Assembly (NCBI GenBank): GCA_022508405.1
Contig: JAFLVI010000001.1
Span: 32,230-96,229 of the forward strand
Length of the DNA: 64,000 bases
Origin: Clostridiales bacterium
Lineage (GTDB): Bacteria > Bacillota > Clostridia > Christensenellales > Pumilibacteraceae
Direction of reading: 5' to 3'
Below are positions 48,468-59,703 of this stretch, piece by piece (the stretch's first letter is position 1; each line of letters opens with the position of its first letter). The notes beneath the pieces are model-generated. The model was not told the origin of the DNA, ran no database searches, and saw only the letters and a list, made by a program, of their open reading frames with translations. The translations under genes and the position numbers were made by a program.

Positions 48468-49865
48468 ATGAAAAAAAGCAGAAAGATTATTTTAGCCGGA
48501 CTTGCGGCGCTCATGCTTGCAGGCACTTGCGTTTTGACCGCATGCTCGGACGACGACAACAAAGGCGAACAAGAACATACGCATAAGTATGTAAACTACG
48601 TATGCGACGGTTGCGGTTCGGTAGATCCCACAGCGCAGGGGACCGAAGGACTAATTTATACGGAGATAGAAGATAACGGTACGGTAATAGGCTACAGCGT
48701 TACTTCGCACACAAATTTGTCGTTCGGCGACGAAGAAGACGGGGAGCCTGACGTAGAATTTACCCCCACGCAGGTGATTGTACCGGCGACTCATGACGGT
48801 AAGCCCGTTTTGGAGATAGCCAAATACGCATTTTATGAACGCGCAAATATTACAAGCATAATTATTGCCGACGGCGTAACAAAAATATGTGACGCGGCGT
48901 TTGGCGACTGCGTCGGTCTGGTCAATGTGGCAATGGGCAACGGTGTTAAGGAAATAGGCGAAATGGCGTTTGGCTACTGTACGTCATTGCAGAGCATAAA
49001 GATACCCAAAAGCGTGGAAAGCATAGGTCGTGGTGCGTTTTACGGTTTTCGTGGAATAGCCGGCATCTCCGTTTATTCGGGGAATACCAATTATAAAAGC
49101 ACAGGCAACTGTCTTATAGAAACAGCCGAAAAGACGCTTATTTGGGGCAACAAAAACAGCGTTATACCCACCGACGGCAGTGTGGAAAATATAGGCTTTT
49201 ACGCGTTTTACCGCAGCGAGGGTTTGACTGCGATAAACATACCCAATACCGTAAAGAGCATTGGGGAAGGCGCCTTTGAAGAATGTGGCGATTTGCTTAG
49301 CGTAAATATTCCCGACTCTGTTAAGGCAATAGGCGAATACGCGTTTTTCAGGTGCAGTTCAATGACGAGCATAACGTTCGGCAAGGGCTTAACTTCCATC
49401 GGCCGCGGTGCGTTCTCTACCTGCAACAGTCTGCAAACAATTACGGTAGCAAGCGGCAACACCAAATATCACAGCTCGGGCAACTGTTTGATAGAAACCG
49501 CCACAAAAACGCTTTTGTTGGGCGGAAAAAATGCCGTTCTCCCCACGGACGGCAGCATTGCCGTTATTGCCGAAAGGGCATTCCAAAACCGCGGCGGATG
49601 GTCGACTTTGGTGATTCCCGACTCGGTCACCGAAATCGGCAGTGAAGCATTTTACGGCAGTGATCTTACAAGCATAAAAATGGGCGTCAATGTGACAAAA
49701 ATAGGCGAATACGCATTCGGGTACAACAACGATTTGACAAGCATAGAGTTTGACGGCAGCAAGGAAGAGTGGGCGGCAATAACAAAAGAAGCAGATTGGA
49801 AGTACGAGACTGGCGAGTTTACCGTTACTTGCAACAACGGCACGCTTTCCAAAAGCGAATGCTAA
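48468..49865 (+). CDS. BspA-type leucine-rich-repeat lipoprotein
   Basis: Lipobox LTAC; many IPxSVxxIGxxAF repeats; duplicated GNCLIET insert. Confidence 0.88.
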   Translation: MKKSRKIILAGLAALMLAGTCVLTACSDDDNKGEQEHTHKYVNYVCDGCGSVDPTAQGTEGLIYTEIEDNGTVIGYSVTSHTNLSFGDEEDGEPDVEFTPTQVIVPATHDGKPVLEIAKYAFYERANITSIIIADGVTKICDAAFGDCVGLVNVAMGNGVKEIGEMAFGYCTSLQSIKIPKSVESIGRGAFYGFRGIAGISVYSGNTNYKSTGNCLIETAEKTLIWGNKNSVIPTDGSVENIGFYAFYRSEGLTAINIPNTVKSIGEGAFEECGDLLSVNIPDSVKAIGEYAFFRCSSMTSITFGKGLTSIGRGAFSTCNSLQTITVASGNTKYHSSGNCLIETATKTLLLGGKNAVLPTDGSIAVIAERAFQNRGGWSTLVIPDSVTEIGSEAFYGSDLTSIKMGVNVTKIGEYAFGYNNDLTSIEFDGSKEEWAAITKEADWKYETGEFTVTCNNGTLSKSEC

Positions 49866-49886
49866 AGGCTATAAATAATTATTTAG

Positions 49887-49921
49887 GCGCGGTGGACTGA
49901 TTCGGTCCGCCGCGTTTTTTT
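49887..49921 (+). terminator. Intrinsic terminator
   Basis: GCGCGGTGGACTG..CGGTCCGCCGCG followed by a T run. Confidence 0.8.
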
Positions 49922-49931
49922 ATACGTAGAG

Positions 49932-49960
49932 TTGACAAAACAGTCAAAACACTGTATAAT
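49932..49960 (+). promoter_or_regulatory. Sigma-A promoter, probably producing a leaderless mRNA
   Basis: TTGACA-17-TATAAT; ATG begins 8 nt after the -10 box. Confidence 0.75.
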
Positions 49961-49967
49961 TTACTCC

Positions 49968-50573
49968 ATGACCGGATATTTGACAATCGTAATCATTACG
50001 GGAATAGTGTCGGTGGCGATGACGGCGGTGCTTGTGCAAAAGATCGTCACGCTAATCTTGCGGCAGATCAAGCTGTATCATTCCATCACGCTTGTGGAGC
50101 TCAAAACGCAAAAAATCATATATTGGATTTTTGCGGCGGTCATAGGTTTTTTTATTTTTTACGTTATCATGCAGATGGCGGATCCCGATGCGCCGAGCGT
50201 GACGGAATTTTACGAACTGTTCGGCGTGGGCCGGCTGTACACAAATATTGCGTTGATGTTTGTGCTTATAGTCATGATAGCCGCCGAAGCGTTTGTAGTA
50301 ATGCTGGGCATAAGCAAAAACGCAGTGGTTGACAAGGGCATTTACACCAACTTCGACATGCTGGACTGGCATCAGGTGCGCGATTATATAATAGACGAAA
50401 AGCGCAGCGTTTTGGTGCTGTCGTCCGACAAAAAAACGTTTTCCACACTGCGCAACATAACCACGCCGTTTAGGGTGGCAAAAAGCGATATACAAAAGCT
50501 TGAATTTATACTTAACAAAAACAAAAACAAGTTTTCCGGTTTTGACGCGCATATGCAAGTCGACCGTGCGTAA
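49968..50573 (+). CDS. Three-TM membrane protein with small C-terminal beta domain
   Basis: Hydrophobic helices then KGIYT...LDWHQVRDY. Confidence 0.7.
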   Translation: MTGYLTIVIITGIVSVAMTAVLVQKIVTLILRQIKLYHSITLVELKTQKIIYWIFAAVIGFFIFYVIMQMADPDAPSVTEFYELFGVGRLYTNIALMFVLIVMIAAEAFVVMLGISKNAVVDKGIYTNFDMLDWHQVRDYIIDEKRSVLVLSSDKKTFSTLRNITTPFRVAKSDIQKLEFILNKNKNKFSGFDAHMQVDRA

Positions 50574-50603
50574 AAATAATTAAGTAGCTTATCAGGGACG
50601 ATT

Positions 50604-51065
50604 ATGGCAAAGGACATAGAAAAGTTAATAGAAGAATTCGTCATACCGGAAATGGAGTATTCGCCCGACTACGAAAAAAAGACGCGCGGAAAGAACAAGA
50701 TAAAAACGGTAACCATAGACGAAATTCCGGAAGTTATTTTGCAAAAAACCAAAGCCGAAGTGTATAATGAGGCCAAGGGCAGGCTCAAGCAAAAATCTTC
50801 CGCCGTTTCGCGCCGCACAAAAAAGAGCGAAAACGAAGAAGTTGCCGCCACCAAGCCCGCGCCAAAAAAACGCGCCGATATTGCTCAACAGGATGCAGTC
50901 ATTTCGCTCGCGGAACGCCCCGTGTGGGTGGGCGGCGCGGATGAGCTTGTGCCCTTTGCGTGGCGCATGCCTCTAATCCCCGATATAAACAAACCGAGCA
51001 AGTACTACCGTCAGGTCGTGCGCAGTTCAAAAGAATCGCTTTTGCCCGTTCCGCACGATAAGTAA
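50604..51065 (+). CDS. Hypothetical basic protein
   Basis: ORF with host-like codon use; terminator at 51093-51115. Confidence 0.6.
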   Translation: MAKDIEKLIEEFVIPEMEYSPDYEKKTRGKNKIKTVTIDEIPEVILQKTKAEVYNEAKGRLKQKSSAVSRRTKKSENEEVAATKPAPKKRADIAQQDAVISLAERPVWVGGADELVPFAWRMPLIPDINKPSKYYRQVVRSSKESLLPVPHDK

Positions 51066-51187
51066 ATTAAGAATTAGAAAAGTATATATTATAGCGCGCA
51101 TATGCGCGCTTTTTTATTGCGTAATTTGTACTTTTTTGCGTTAGTGCAAAAAAACAATACATAGGTGGTATTATTAACCAAAACAAT

Positions 51188-51219
51188 AATTCCGAATTCC
51201 CAATTCCGAATTCCGAATT
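51188..51219 (-). repeat. Reverse-oriented heptamer array before a start codon
   Basis: AATT CCGAATT CCCAATT CCGAATT CCGAATT. Confidence 0.8.
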
Positions 51220-51233
51220 GACCGGAGGGTATT

Positions 51234-52547
51234 ATGCGCATAACAAAAAAACAGATGGCGGTGATTACAGTTTTAAATATCGTTATCGCGGGGCTTGTGG
51301 GACTGATTTTCTTTTTACGTTCGCCAAGACTTGCCGAAGGCGGCGGTTCGGGCGGGAAGGACGTTGACGTAGTGGCGACTCCGCACGAAAAGCTTCGCGG
51401 GCCTTCGTCCGGCAAGGTCAAGGAAATATCCCGCGAAACGCGGCTTATGGGCAGCGGCGACGAAAGCGTTGTTTTTGCATTCTCCGCCGGCGGCGTTACG
51501 TATATATTCGGCAATGCGACGGTAAAGGATTACGACTTTGACAAAATCGGCGGGTTCTTGTGTCGCATGGGCTCGGACGGGACGATACTCGGTTTTACAT
51601 ACTTTGACGGCAAGATGACCGCGGCGGGCGTTGTCGAAGGCGGATTCGGGGTAGCCACCGTGACTGACGCCGGCGAAGCAACCGAAAAATCCGTGCTATA
51701 CTTAGTCGGCGATGACGGAGATAGCCGCGAGCTATCCGAGCTAGACGGAGTAGCGGTGGACATAAAGTCGTTTGACAGCAAAAAAATAGTGGCGGTTACG
51801 GCAATCGGATCGGGCACACTCAAGCTGACCGAGTTTACTCGCGCGGGCAACGGCTGGGCGGCGGGCAATAGTACGCGTATTTCCAAGGGGCTTAATATGC
51901 AGTACTTCGGCTGTTACCTATCTCGTGACGGCTACATAATTTGTGCGCGGGCATACAGCAGCCCAAGGTATGACGCGCTGGCGTTGTTCAAGTTTCAGGC
52001 GGGCGGAGACGCCGTGGCTTACTATTACGGCGGCAATGACGAGAGCATGCTTCGCCCGTATGCGGTGTTGCCGTACGGCGGTGGATTTATGGCGGTGTGC
52101 AGCTACGGCGGCGAAGCGGCAGTCGTCACCGTCAATTCCGATATGACATTATTGAATCGCGCAATGCTCAGATTCGAGTTTACGGACGCAACTCTTACCG
52201 ACGTCAACGGAAAATATTACGCGTGCTTTATAGACGCCAACGGCGGAGTGACGTACGAGATAAAAGAAAATCTGAGCAGAAATACAATAGGCGGGGCTTT
52301 CGGCGCTCGGCTTTCGGCTGTGGTCAATATGGACGGGCCGCTGTTTATTTGCACAACAGACTCCGCCGTAAAGTTTACGGACGGCGAAAGCGTATTGGCT
52401 TCGCTCGACGTAAAGCAAGCCGATATCCGCCGCGTGATAAAAACGGGGCATAACGAAATGCTGATCGTTCTGTCCGCAAAGGGTGGCAAGGCGCTTTCTT
52501 CACCCACAGGCGGCAGTGACGTTTACGTGATTGCGGTTAAATTGTAG
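51234..52547 (+). CDS. Membrane-anchored beta-rich (propeller-like) hypothetical protein
   Basis: GGAGG RBS; N-terminal TM; beta-strand/Gly-rich body. Confidence 0.65.
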   Translation: MRITKKQMAVITVLNIVIAGLVGLIFFLRSPRLAEGGGSGGKDVDVVATPHEKLRGPSSGKVKEISRETRLMGSGDESVVFAFSAGGVTYIFGNATVKDYDFDKIGGFLCRMGSDGTILGFTYFDGKMTAAGVVEGGFGVATVTDAGEATEKSVLYLVGDDGDSRELSELDGVAVDIKSFDSKKIVAVTAIGSGTLKLTEFTRAGNGWAAGNSTRISKGLNMQYFGCYLSRDGYIICARAYSSPRYDALALFKFQAGGDAVAYYYGGNDESMLRPYAVLPYGGGFMAVCSYGGEAAVVTVNSDMTLLNRAMLRFEFTDATLTDVNGKYYACFIDANGGVTYEIKENLSRNTIGGAFGARLSAVVNMDGPLFICTTDSAVKFTDGESVLASLDVKQADIRRVIKTGHNEMLIVLSAKGGKALSSPTGGSDVYVIAVKL

Positions 52548-53550
52548 ATTTTATGACGGACACAATCTTTTTTGTACCGTCCACAGTGATTGCGTTCATA
52601 GCGTTTACGTAAGTGTCTTTGTTGTTCATCACGTAGTCAACGGCGGCGGGCAGGGAGCTAAGCTCGCTTTCGCGCAAAACCTTGATTGCACCCATGTTGC
52701 CGTAGTACTCTGCGTTTTGGATTTGATCGCCGCGCGACGCCTTTTCAAGCGGTATCGCAATAGTCGGCTTTTTTAAAGCTATGCACTCGGCAAGCGCGTT
52801 TGCGCCCGCTCTTGTTATAATCATATCTGCGGTGGCGTACAGCCGCGCCATATCATATTCAAACTCGATCGGGCTGTATCCGCTTTGGGCGTTTGCGCCC
52901 GCTTTGTTTTTGCCCGTCATGTGGATTATTCGGTAATTTTTAAGCAGAGCGGGGAGCGCTTGCACGACGGCGGCGTTGACTGACGCCGCGCCGGACGAGC
53001 CGCCGACAATCGCTATTATCGGCTTGCTGCCGTCAAGCCCGTAGTGACTGCAGTCCTTTATGCCGCGGTACAGGCTTTGGTTAAGCGGCGTTCCCACAAA
53101 CAGCCCGTTTTTAAACTTCGATGCGCACGGCTCAAACGCGCACAATATTTTGGCGGCTTTTCTTTTACTTAGCTTTGTCGCCAGCCCCGCCGAAAAGTCG
53201 CTTTCGTGGCTGAGCACGGGACAGGAGCATGCCAGCACAACGGGCAGCGCCGCGTATCCGCCTTTGCTGAATACAAGCGCGGGGTTTATTTCTTTAAGTA
53301 CGCGCTTCGCTTTTTTTACGCAAGCGTGCAGTTTAAACGGCACGCCTATGTTGGAAAGCAGCTTGTCGCGGCGGAACTTAACGGTATCTATGCGGAAAAA
53401 CGGGATGTTTCTGCTTTCGCAAATGGATTTTTCCATGCCGTCGCCGCCTACGTAAACGCAATTATAGTCGTACTTAAGTTCGTTTATCAGCGCTATGTTG
53501 GGCATTACGTGTCCCGCCGTTCCGCCGCCCGCAAAAACAATCGTTTTCAT
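52537..53550 (-). CDS. murG: Undecaprenyl-PP-MurNAc-pentapeptide GlcNAc transferase
   Basis: GGGTAGHV, KGGY, HESD, GGSSGA, RAGA, DQIQNA; start ATG 53550 after GGAGA. Confidence 0.93.
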   Translation of the reverse strand: MKTIVFAGGGTAGHVMPNIALINELKYDYNCVYVGGDGMEKSICESRNIPFFRIDTVKFRRDKLLSNIGVPFKLHACVKKAKRVLKEINPALVFSKGGYAALPVVLACSCPVLSHESDFSAGLATKLSKRKAAKILCAFEPCASKFKNGLFVGTPLNQSLYRGIKDCSHYGLDGSKPIIAIVGGSSGAASVNAAVVQALPALLKNYRIIHMTGKNKAGANAQSGYSPIEFEYDMARLYATADMIITRAGANALAECIALKKPTIAIPLEKASRGDQIQNAEYYGNMGAIKVLRESELSSLPAAVDYVMNNKDTYVNAMNAITVDGTKKIVSVIKSTI

Positions 53551-53560
53551 AATATCTCCG

Positions 53561-53589
53561 TTGACAAAATCATTCTTATATAGTATAAT
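53561..53589 (+). promoter_or_regulatory. Sigma-A promoter
   Basis: TTGACA-17-TATAAT. Confidence 0.8.
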
Positions 53590-53625
53590 TGCAAGGAATG
53601 AATTATATGTTTTTTCGGAGGAAAT

Positions 53626-54531
53626 ATGACTACCGAGTTTGTTAAAATGACGGGCGGAAAGGACGTTTCGGTAACGTACTGGGACAATACGGACAGCCCG
53701 CGCGCCGCAGTTGTTATGGTGCACGGAATGTGCGAATATATAGCACGGTACGATGATTTTTGCACCTTTTTGGGACACAACGGCTTTAACGTGATCGGCA
53801 TGGACAACCGCTCCTTCGGCATGACGGACGAAAGCAGTCGCGGCAAGGGTACGGACGGCATGTTCGAGGCGACGGTGGACGACATAAAGCAGGAAGTTGA
53901 TATGGCTCGCGCTCGCTGGGGCGTGGAGCGGGTGTACGTGATTGGACACAGCTACGGCAGCATCCTTACCCAGCGGTTTATAGAAAAGTATCACGCGTAC
54001 GTCAGCGGCGCAATACTGTGCGGCTCGACGTTACAGAGCGGATTTATGCTTTGGCTGGGCCGCAAGATAGCGGGGCGCGGCGCAAAAAAGAACGCGGACG
54101 GCGAAGGCAAGTTCTTTGCCAAAATGACTTTTAACAGCTACGACAAAAAGATAAAGGACGGCGTAAACGGCTGGCTCAACCGCGACAAAGCGGAAGTGGA
54201 AAAGTACAACGCCGACGAGATGTGCTCGGGCGTAGGCATTTGCTCCAACATGTTCTACCGCGAAATGCTGGACGGCTGCGCCCGCATCAACAAGGATAGG
54301 CATAAAGTGCCGAGCAATTTCAATCTGATGATAGCGTCCGGCACGGCCGACGGCGTGGGCGGCTACGGCAAGCTGATAAACAAGCTTGTTAAGTCATACA
54401 AAAAGAACGGGCTTTATCCGCGCGTAAAAATGTACAACGGCGCTCGGCACGAACTGTTAAACGAAGTCAACAAAGGCGAAGTGTACGAGGACTTTTTGCG
54501 GTTTTTGGACGACTGCGAAGGTGCTAAGTAG
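53626..54531 (+). CDS. Alpha/beta hydrolase (lysophospholipase-like)
   Basis: VHGMCEYIARY, GHSYG, ARHELLNE. Confidence 0.9.
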   Translation: MTTEFVKMTGGKDVSVTYWDNTDSPRAAVVMVHGMCEYIARYDDFCTFLGHNGFNVIGMDNRSFGMTDESSRGKGTDGMFEATVDDIKQEVDMARARWGVERVYVIGHSYGSILTQRFIEKYHAYVSGAILCGSTLQSGFMLWLGRKIAGRGAKKNADGEGKFFAKMTFNSYDKKIKDGVNGWLNRDKAEVEKYNADEMCSGVGICSNMFYREMLDGCARINKDRHKVPSNFNLMIASGTADGVGGYGKLINKLVKSYKKNGLYPRVKMYNGARHELLNEVNKGEVYEDFLRFLDDCEGAK

Positions 54532-54535
54532 CGCC

Positions 54536-54997
54536 ATGTTCAACATAGTTCTTTTTGAGCCGGAGATTCCGCAAAACACCGGCAACATATCGCGCACGTG
54601 CGCTTGCACGGGCAGTGCGCTCCACATAATAAAGCCCATGGGCTTTGAGATTACGGACAAGCACTTAAAGCGCGCGGGGCTTGATTACTGGGACAAGCTC
54701 AGCCTTACGTACTACGAAAACCTTGACGACTTTTTTGACAGAACAAAAGGCGGCAGGTATTTTTACCTGTCCAAAAAGGCGAGCAAGCGCTATACCGATA
54801 TATCGTTTAAGGACGGCGATTATCTTATATTCGGCAAGGAAACCAAGGGTCTGCCCGAACACATCGTGTTTGACAATCCCGAAACCGCGCTTCGCATTCC
54901 CATGGCAAAGGACTTGCGGTCGCTCAATCTGTCCAACACGGTCGCGCTTGTGCTGTACGAAGCGCTTCGTCAAATCGGCTTTGCCGACTTAATCTGA
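54536..54997 (+). CDS. trmL: tRNA (cytidine/uridine-2'-O)-methyltransferase
   Basis: PEIPQNTGN, RAGLDYW, FGKETKGL, RSLNLSN. Confidence 0.94.
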   Translation: MFNIVLFEPEIPQNTGNISRTCACTGSALHIIKPMGFEITDKHLKRAGLDYWDKLSLTYYENLDDFFDRTKGGRYFYLSKKASKRYTDISFKDGDYLIFGKETKGLPEHIVFDNPETALRIPMAKDLRSLNLSNTVALVLYEALRQIGFADLI

Positions 54998-55037
54998 TTA
55001 AGAATTAAGAATTCGGAATTAAGAATTAAAAATAAGG
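54996..55037 (+). repeat. Heptamer array after trmL
   Basis: GATTAAG AATTAAG AATTCGG AATTAAG AATTAAA AATAAGG; short reverse copy at 55085-55098. Confidence 0.8.
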
Positions 55038-55209
55038 CTAAAATTTTAGGCGCGGTTAAAGTGCGCGCGCGGTCGTGTGTGTTTTTGCATTCTTAATTTG
55101 CCTTTTTAGTTCAAAACACTTGAGAAAAAAAACAAGATATGGTATAGTATATGCGGAGATGTATGCTATATTGTTAATTTTTACATGATCTATAGTTACG
55201 GAGGAAATA

Positions 55210-57162
55210 ATGGCGGATTACAGCGCAGGTAATATAAGAGTTTTGGAGGGATTGGACGCCGTAAGGCTTCGTCCCGGCATGTATATAGGCACAACGGGAG
55301 TAAAGGGATTGCACCACATTTTGTGGGAGATAGTGGACAACTCAATAGACGAGGTGTCCAACGGCTTTGCCACCGGCATTACGGTTACCATTCACACAGA
55401 CGGCAGTGCGTCCGTGGAAGACGACGGCAGGGGCATTCCCGTAGATATTCACCCCAAACTGGGCGTGTCGGGCGTGGAAGTCGTTTTTACTCAGCTGCAC
55501 GCTGGCGGCAAGTTTGACAGCAGCAACTATGCGCACTCGGGCGGACTCCACGGCGTGGGCGCGTCCGTCACAAACGCGCTTTCCGAATGGCTCAAGGTGG
55601 AAGTTTACAAAAACAAGACCACCTATCGAATGGAATTCGAGTCAAAGGAAGTAAACGGCGAAGTAAAGGGCGGCATTCCCAAGTACAGCCTTATCGACAC
55701 CGGCGAAAAAACGGACAAGCACGGCTCGTACGTGCGCTTTATGCCCGATAAGCGCATATTCGAAACGGTCGTTTTTAATTTCGATACTATTGCGCGCAGG
55801 CTCAAAGAGCTGGCGTTTTTAAACAAGGGCTTAAAGGTAAAATTGATAGACGAGCGCGTGCGCGTGGGCGAAGGCTACCGCTCGCTGGAATACTGCTACG
55901 ACGGCGGTATCATTGACTTTGTAAAATACATCAACGAGGCGCGCAACACGCTTTACGACGAGCCCGTTATGATAACAGGCGAAAAGGACGGCATATCCAT
56001 GGCGCTTGCCTTCCAGCACACCGACGCGTACACCGACAACCTGTTTTCGTATGTAAACAACATTCCCACCACGGAAGGCGGCACGCACGAAACGGGCTTT
56101 AAGGCGGCGTACACAAAGGTCATGAACGACTTTGCGCGAAGAGTGGGTATGCTCAAGGACAAAGACGCAAACCTACTTGGCGACGACTACCGCGAAGGGC
56201 TTACGGCGGTGCTTTCGGTGCAGATGACCAACGTTCAGTTCGAAGGTCAGACCAAGACAAAGCTTGGCAATCCCGCGGCGCGCATAGCCATAGAAGGAAT
56301 TGTGTCGCAGGTCTTAAGCGAGTACTTTGCCGACCCTAAGCACGGACCGGTGGGCGAAGCCATACTCAAAAAGGGCATGCTTGCCGCCAAGGTGCGCGAA
56401 GCCGCGCGCAAGGAAAAGGAGATCACTCGCGCCAAAAACGCCATAGACAACTTTAACCTAGTGGGCAAGCTCACGCCGTGCACGGGCAGAAAGCCGGAAA
56501 ACAACGAGCTGTTTATAGTAGAAGGCGACAGCGCGGGCGGCACGTGCAAGCAGGCGCGCGCGCGGTCGTATCAGGCTATACTGCCGCTGCGCGGCAAACC
56601 GCTCAACGCCGAAAAGAAGCGCATAGACCAAGTGCTTGCCAACGAAGAGATCAGAACGCTAATATCTGCGCTCGGTTCGGGCATAGGCGAAGACTACAAC
56701 GCCGACAACCTTAACTACCACAAGGTAATCATTCTGTCCGACGCGGACGTGGACGGATATCATATTCGCGCGATACTTCTTACCTTCTTCTTCCGCTACA
56801 TGAAAGAGCTTATCAACGAAGGGCACGTATACATCGGACTTCCGCCGCTGTACAAGATAGAAAAGGGCAATCAGGTGGAATACGCCTACGACGACGCGGC
56901 GCTTGCCGAGGCAAAGTCGCGCATGGGCAAAAACGCGCAGGTGCAGCGGTATAAAGGTTTGGGCGAAATGAACGCCGACCAGCTTTGGGAAACCACCATG
57001 GACCCCAAAAACCGTGCGCTTATGCAGGTCACGATAGAAGACGCCGCCGAGGCGGAAAAGCTTGTGTCCGTACTCATGGGCGACGCGGTGGAACTCAGGC
57101 GCGAGTACATTATAGAACACGCCGATTTTAACAAGGTAGATTCTTTCAACCCTAACAAATAG
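55210..57162 (+). CDS. parE: Type IIA topoisomerase subunit B (ParE/GyrB family, probably topoisomerase IV)
   Basis: [47 protein letters not shown]; promoter TTGAGA-17-TATAGT at 55120-55148; not in a dnaA context. Confidence 0.7.
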   Translation: MADYSAGNIRVLEGLDAVRLRPGMYIGTTGVKGLHHILWEIVDNSIDEVSNGFATGITVTIHTDGSASVEDDGRGIPVDIHPKLGVSGVEVVFTQLHAGGKFDSSNYAHSGGLHGVGASVTNALSEWLKVEVYKNKTTYRMEFESKEVNGEVKGGIPKYSLIDTGEKTDKHGSYVRFMPDKRIFETVVFNFDTIARRLKELAFLNKGLKVKLIDERVRVGEGYRSLEYCYDGGIIDFVKYINEARNTLYDEPVMITGEKDGISMALAFQHTDAYTDNLFSYVNNIPTTEGGTHETGFKAAYTKVMNDFARRVGMLKDKDANLLGDDYREGLTAVLSVQMTNVQFEGQTKTKLGNPAARIAIEGIVSQVLSEYFADPKHGPVGEAILKKGMLAAKVREAARKEKEITRAKNAIDNFNLVGKLTPCTGRKPENNELFIVEGDSAGGTCKQARARSYQAILPLRGKPLNAEKKRIDQVLANEEIRTLISALGSGIGEDYNADNLNYHKVIILSDADVDGYHIRAILLTFFFRYMKELINEGHVYIGLPPLYKIEKGNQVEYAYDDAALAEAKSRMGKNAQVQRYKGLGEMNADQLWETTMDPKNRALMQVTIEDAAEAEKLVSVLMGDAVELRREYIIEHADFNKVDSFNPNK

Positions 57163-57188
57163 TAATCAAGATAAAATCGAGGACTGTT

Positions 57189-59648
57189 ATGGCACAGGAT
57201 AGCGAAGAAAAACAGCCTATCGGGAAACTGGTAGTACAAACTATGGAAGACGTAATGCGCGACTCCATGATTCCGTATTCGGAATCGGTCATTTTGGATC
57301 GCGCTTTGCCGCGCGTGGAGGACGGACTAAAGCCCGTTCAGCGCCGTATACTTTACACCATGCACCAACTGGGCATCACGCCGGACAAGCCGTACCGCAA
57401 GAGCGCGCGTATCGTAGGCGACTGCTTGGGTAAGCTTCACCCGCACGGCGACTCGTCCATTTATCAGGCGATGGTGCGCATGGCGCAGCCTTTCAACATG
57501 GGCGCAACGCTTGTGGACGGACACGGAAACTTCGGTTCGGTGGACGGCGACGGCGCGGCGGCAATGCGTTATACCGAGGCGCGGCTAACTCCGCTTGCAC
57601 TGGAGCTGCTCCGCGACATAGACAAAAACACGGTAAAGTGGAGTTGGAACTTTGACGACACTCTTATGGAGCCGGATATTCTCCCTGGGCGGTTTCCCAA
57701 TCTTTTGGTAAACGGGGCAACGGGCATTGCGGTAGGCCTTGCCACCAACATTCCGCCGCACAACCTTATGGAAGCGATAGACGGCGTAATCGCGTATATA
57801 GACAATTCTCGCATTACGCTCAAGGACATGATGAAGATAATCAAAGGTCCGGACTTCCCGACGGGCGGCGTGATTATTCCCACGGAGCTTGCGCAAGCGT
57901 ACGAAACGGGCAAGGGCAAGATTGCCATACGCGCCAAGATTCATATCGAAAACGACAACGACAAAAAGATTATAGTAATAGACGAAATCCCGTACGGCGT
58001 CAACAAGGCGCAGCTTTTGGAAACAATCATCAAGGTGCGGGAAGACAAAAAAGGCGTGCTGTCCGGCATAACGGACGTGGTGGACGAATCCGACCGCGTG
58101 GGCATGCGCGCGGTAATAAAGATCAAGCGCGACTCTAATCCCAAGGACATAATCGCGGCGCTGCTTAAGTACACCAATCTTTCCATAAACTTCTCGTTCA
58201 ACATGGTCGCTATTGCGGACGGAAAGCCGCAGCTTATGGGATTGCTGGACATAATAGCGTACTATGTAAACTACCAGCGCGAAGTGGTATTACGGCGCAC
58301 CAGATACGAGCTGGACGCCGCAAAAAAGCGCGAGCATATTTTGGAAGGGCTTGTCATAGCCGTCCGAAACATAGACGAAGTAATAAAAATCATCAAGTCC
58401 AGCGCAAACACCACCGCCGCAAAAGAAGCGCTTCGTAAGCGCTTTGAGCTGTCGGAAATTCAGGCGCAAGCCATACTGGACATGCGCCTAGCTAGGCTCA
58501 CTTCGCTGGAGATATTCAAGCTGGAAAAAGAGCTTGCGGACGTCAAGAGCGAAATAGCGCGCTTAGAAGCGATTATCGCGTCCAAAAAGCTGCAAATGGA
58601 GCTTGTAAAGAGCGAACTTCTTTCCATACGCAAGCAGTACAAGGAAAACCGCAAGTCGCTTATTATTCAGGACGCGGAACACTACGTTGTGCCCAGCGAC
58701 GACGAAAAGCCCACGTTTGAATACGTGGTTGCCGCCAACGCAAATCATCAGCTAAAGAAGATGCTGGTAAAGAACTTTACCATGGCGACAAAGGACTTTA
58801 CTGACAGCTCCACGCTGAACGAAATTTGTTCCTGCTTGGTGCGCGCAAAGTCCACGGACAGATTGTTCTGCTTTACCAACCTAGGCAACTGCTACAAGAT
58901 AGACGTGGAAGCCATTCCGGACGGCAAGTGGCGCGAAAAGGGCGCCGAGCTCAAAAAGATCGTTGCGGACGCGGTGGAAGGCGAGTATCCGCTTTACATG
59001 CGGCTTGTGGAAGAAAAACTGCCCAAGGGCAATCTGTTGTTCTACTCCAAGGGCGGACTTGTCAAAAAATCGCCGTGGAGCGAGTACAACGTGGTTAAGT
59101 CGGCATACCAAGCGAGCAAACTGCGGGACGGCGACACGCTTATCGGCATAGAAGACGAGGTGGAAGGCAGTTCGCTTATGATAATCACCAAGTACGGCAT
59201 GTGCCTTAACGCGGACATGTCGGACATTCCGTCGCAAAACCGTATCGCCATCGGCGTGCGGTGCATGATGCTGGCGGACGACGACGAGTGCATACTGATC
59301 CGTCAGGTCAACGGCGACGGCGAGATCGCGTTGTGTACCGACCGCGGCTTTGCCAAGCGCTTGCTTGTCAGCCAGATAGATGTTATGGGCAGATACCGCA
59401 AGGGCATAAAGGTCATAGACTTCGGCAAAGGCAAGGCGGACAACGGATCGTATCTTGCGTACGCGGCGTGCGTTACCGTGCCTTATAAAGTGGTGTTTAA
59501 TGTGGACGACGAATACCTTACCGCATATTCCACCGAAAACTTTGCAATAGAAAACCGCACCCATGCCGGCAAGCCGCTACTTAAAGGCAGACACACCATA
59601 GTCGCCGGCTACGCCTACAACGACAAGCTTACAAACAACGGAATATAA
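57189..59648 (+). CDS. parC: Type IIA topoisomerase subunit A (ParC/GyrA family, probably topoisomerase IV)
   Basis: [23 protein letters not shown]; no canonical QxRGGKG GyrA box at the start of the CTD. Confidence 0.7.
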   Translation: MAQDSEEKQPIGKLVVQTMEDVMRDSMIPYSESVILDRALPRVEDGLKPVQRRILYTMHQLGITPDKPYRKSARIVGDCLGKLHPHGDSSIYQAMVRMAQPFNMGATLVDGHGNFGSVDGDGAAAMRYTEARLTPLALELLRDIDKNTVKWSWNFDDTLMEPDILPGRFPNLLVNGATGIAVGLATNIPPHNLMEAIDGVIAYIDNSRITLKDMMKIIKGPDFPTGGVIIPTELAQAYETGKGKIAIRAKIHIENDNDKKIIVIDEIPYGVNKAQLLETIIKVREDKKGVLSGITDVVDESDRVGMRAVIKIKRDSNPKDIIAALLKYTNLSINFSFNMVAIADGKPQLMGLLDIIAYYVNYQREVVLRRTRYELDAAKKREHILEGLVIAVRNIDEVIKIIKSSANTTAAKEALRKRFELSEIQAQAILDMRLARLTSLEIFKLEKELADVKSEIARLEAIIASKKLQMELVKSELLSIRKQYKENRKSLIIQDAEHYVVPSDDEKPTFEYVVAANANHQLKKMLVKNFTMATKDFTDSSTLNEICSCLVRAKSTDRLFCFTNLGNCYKIDVEAIPDGKWREKGAELKKIVADAVEGEYPLYMRLVEEKLPKGNLLFYSKGGLVKKSPWSEYNVVKSAYQASKLRDGDTLIGIEDEVEGSSLMIITKYGMCLNADMSDIPSQNRIAIGVRCMMLADDDECILIRQVNGDGEIALCTDRGFAKRLLVSQIDVMGRYRKGIKVIDFGKGKADNGSYLAYAACVTVPYKVVFNVDDEYLTAYSTENFAIENRTHAGKPLLKGRHTIVAGYAYNDKLTNNGI

Positions 59649-59703
59649 CCGCAGTAGTTAAGATTTGTATAGACGTAAATCAAACATAAAAGGAGAATAT
59701 ATT

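Noticed and set aside
53551-53994. N-terminal extension of MurG in the ORF track
   Set aside because: Overlaps the divergent hydrolase; MurG motifs and RBS indicate a start at 53550
55210-59648. Primary gyrase gyrB-gyrA at the replication origin
   Set aside because: No dnaA/dnaN/recF nearby and no canonical GyrA box; called topoisomerase IV-like with moderate confidence
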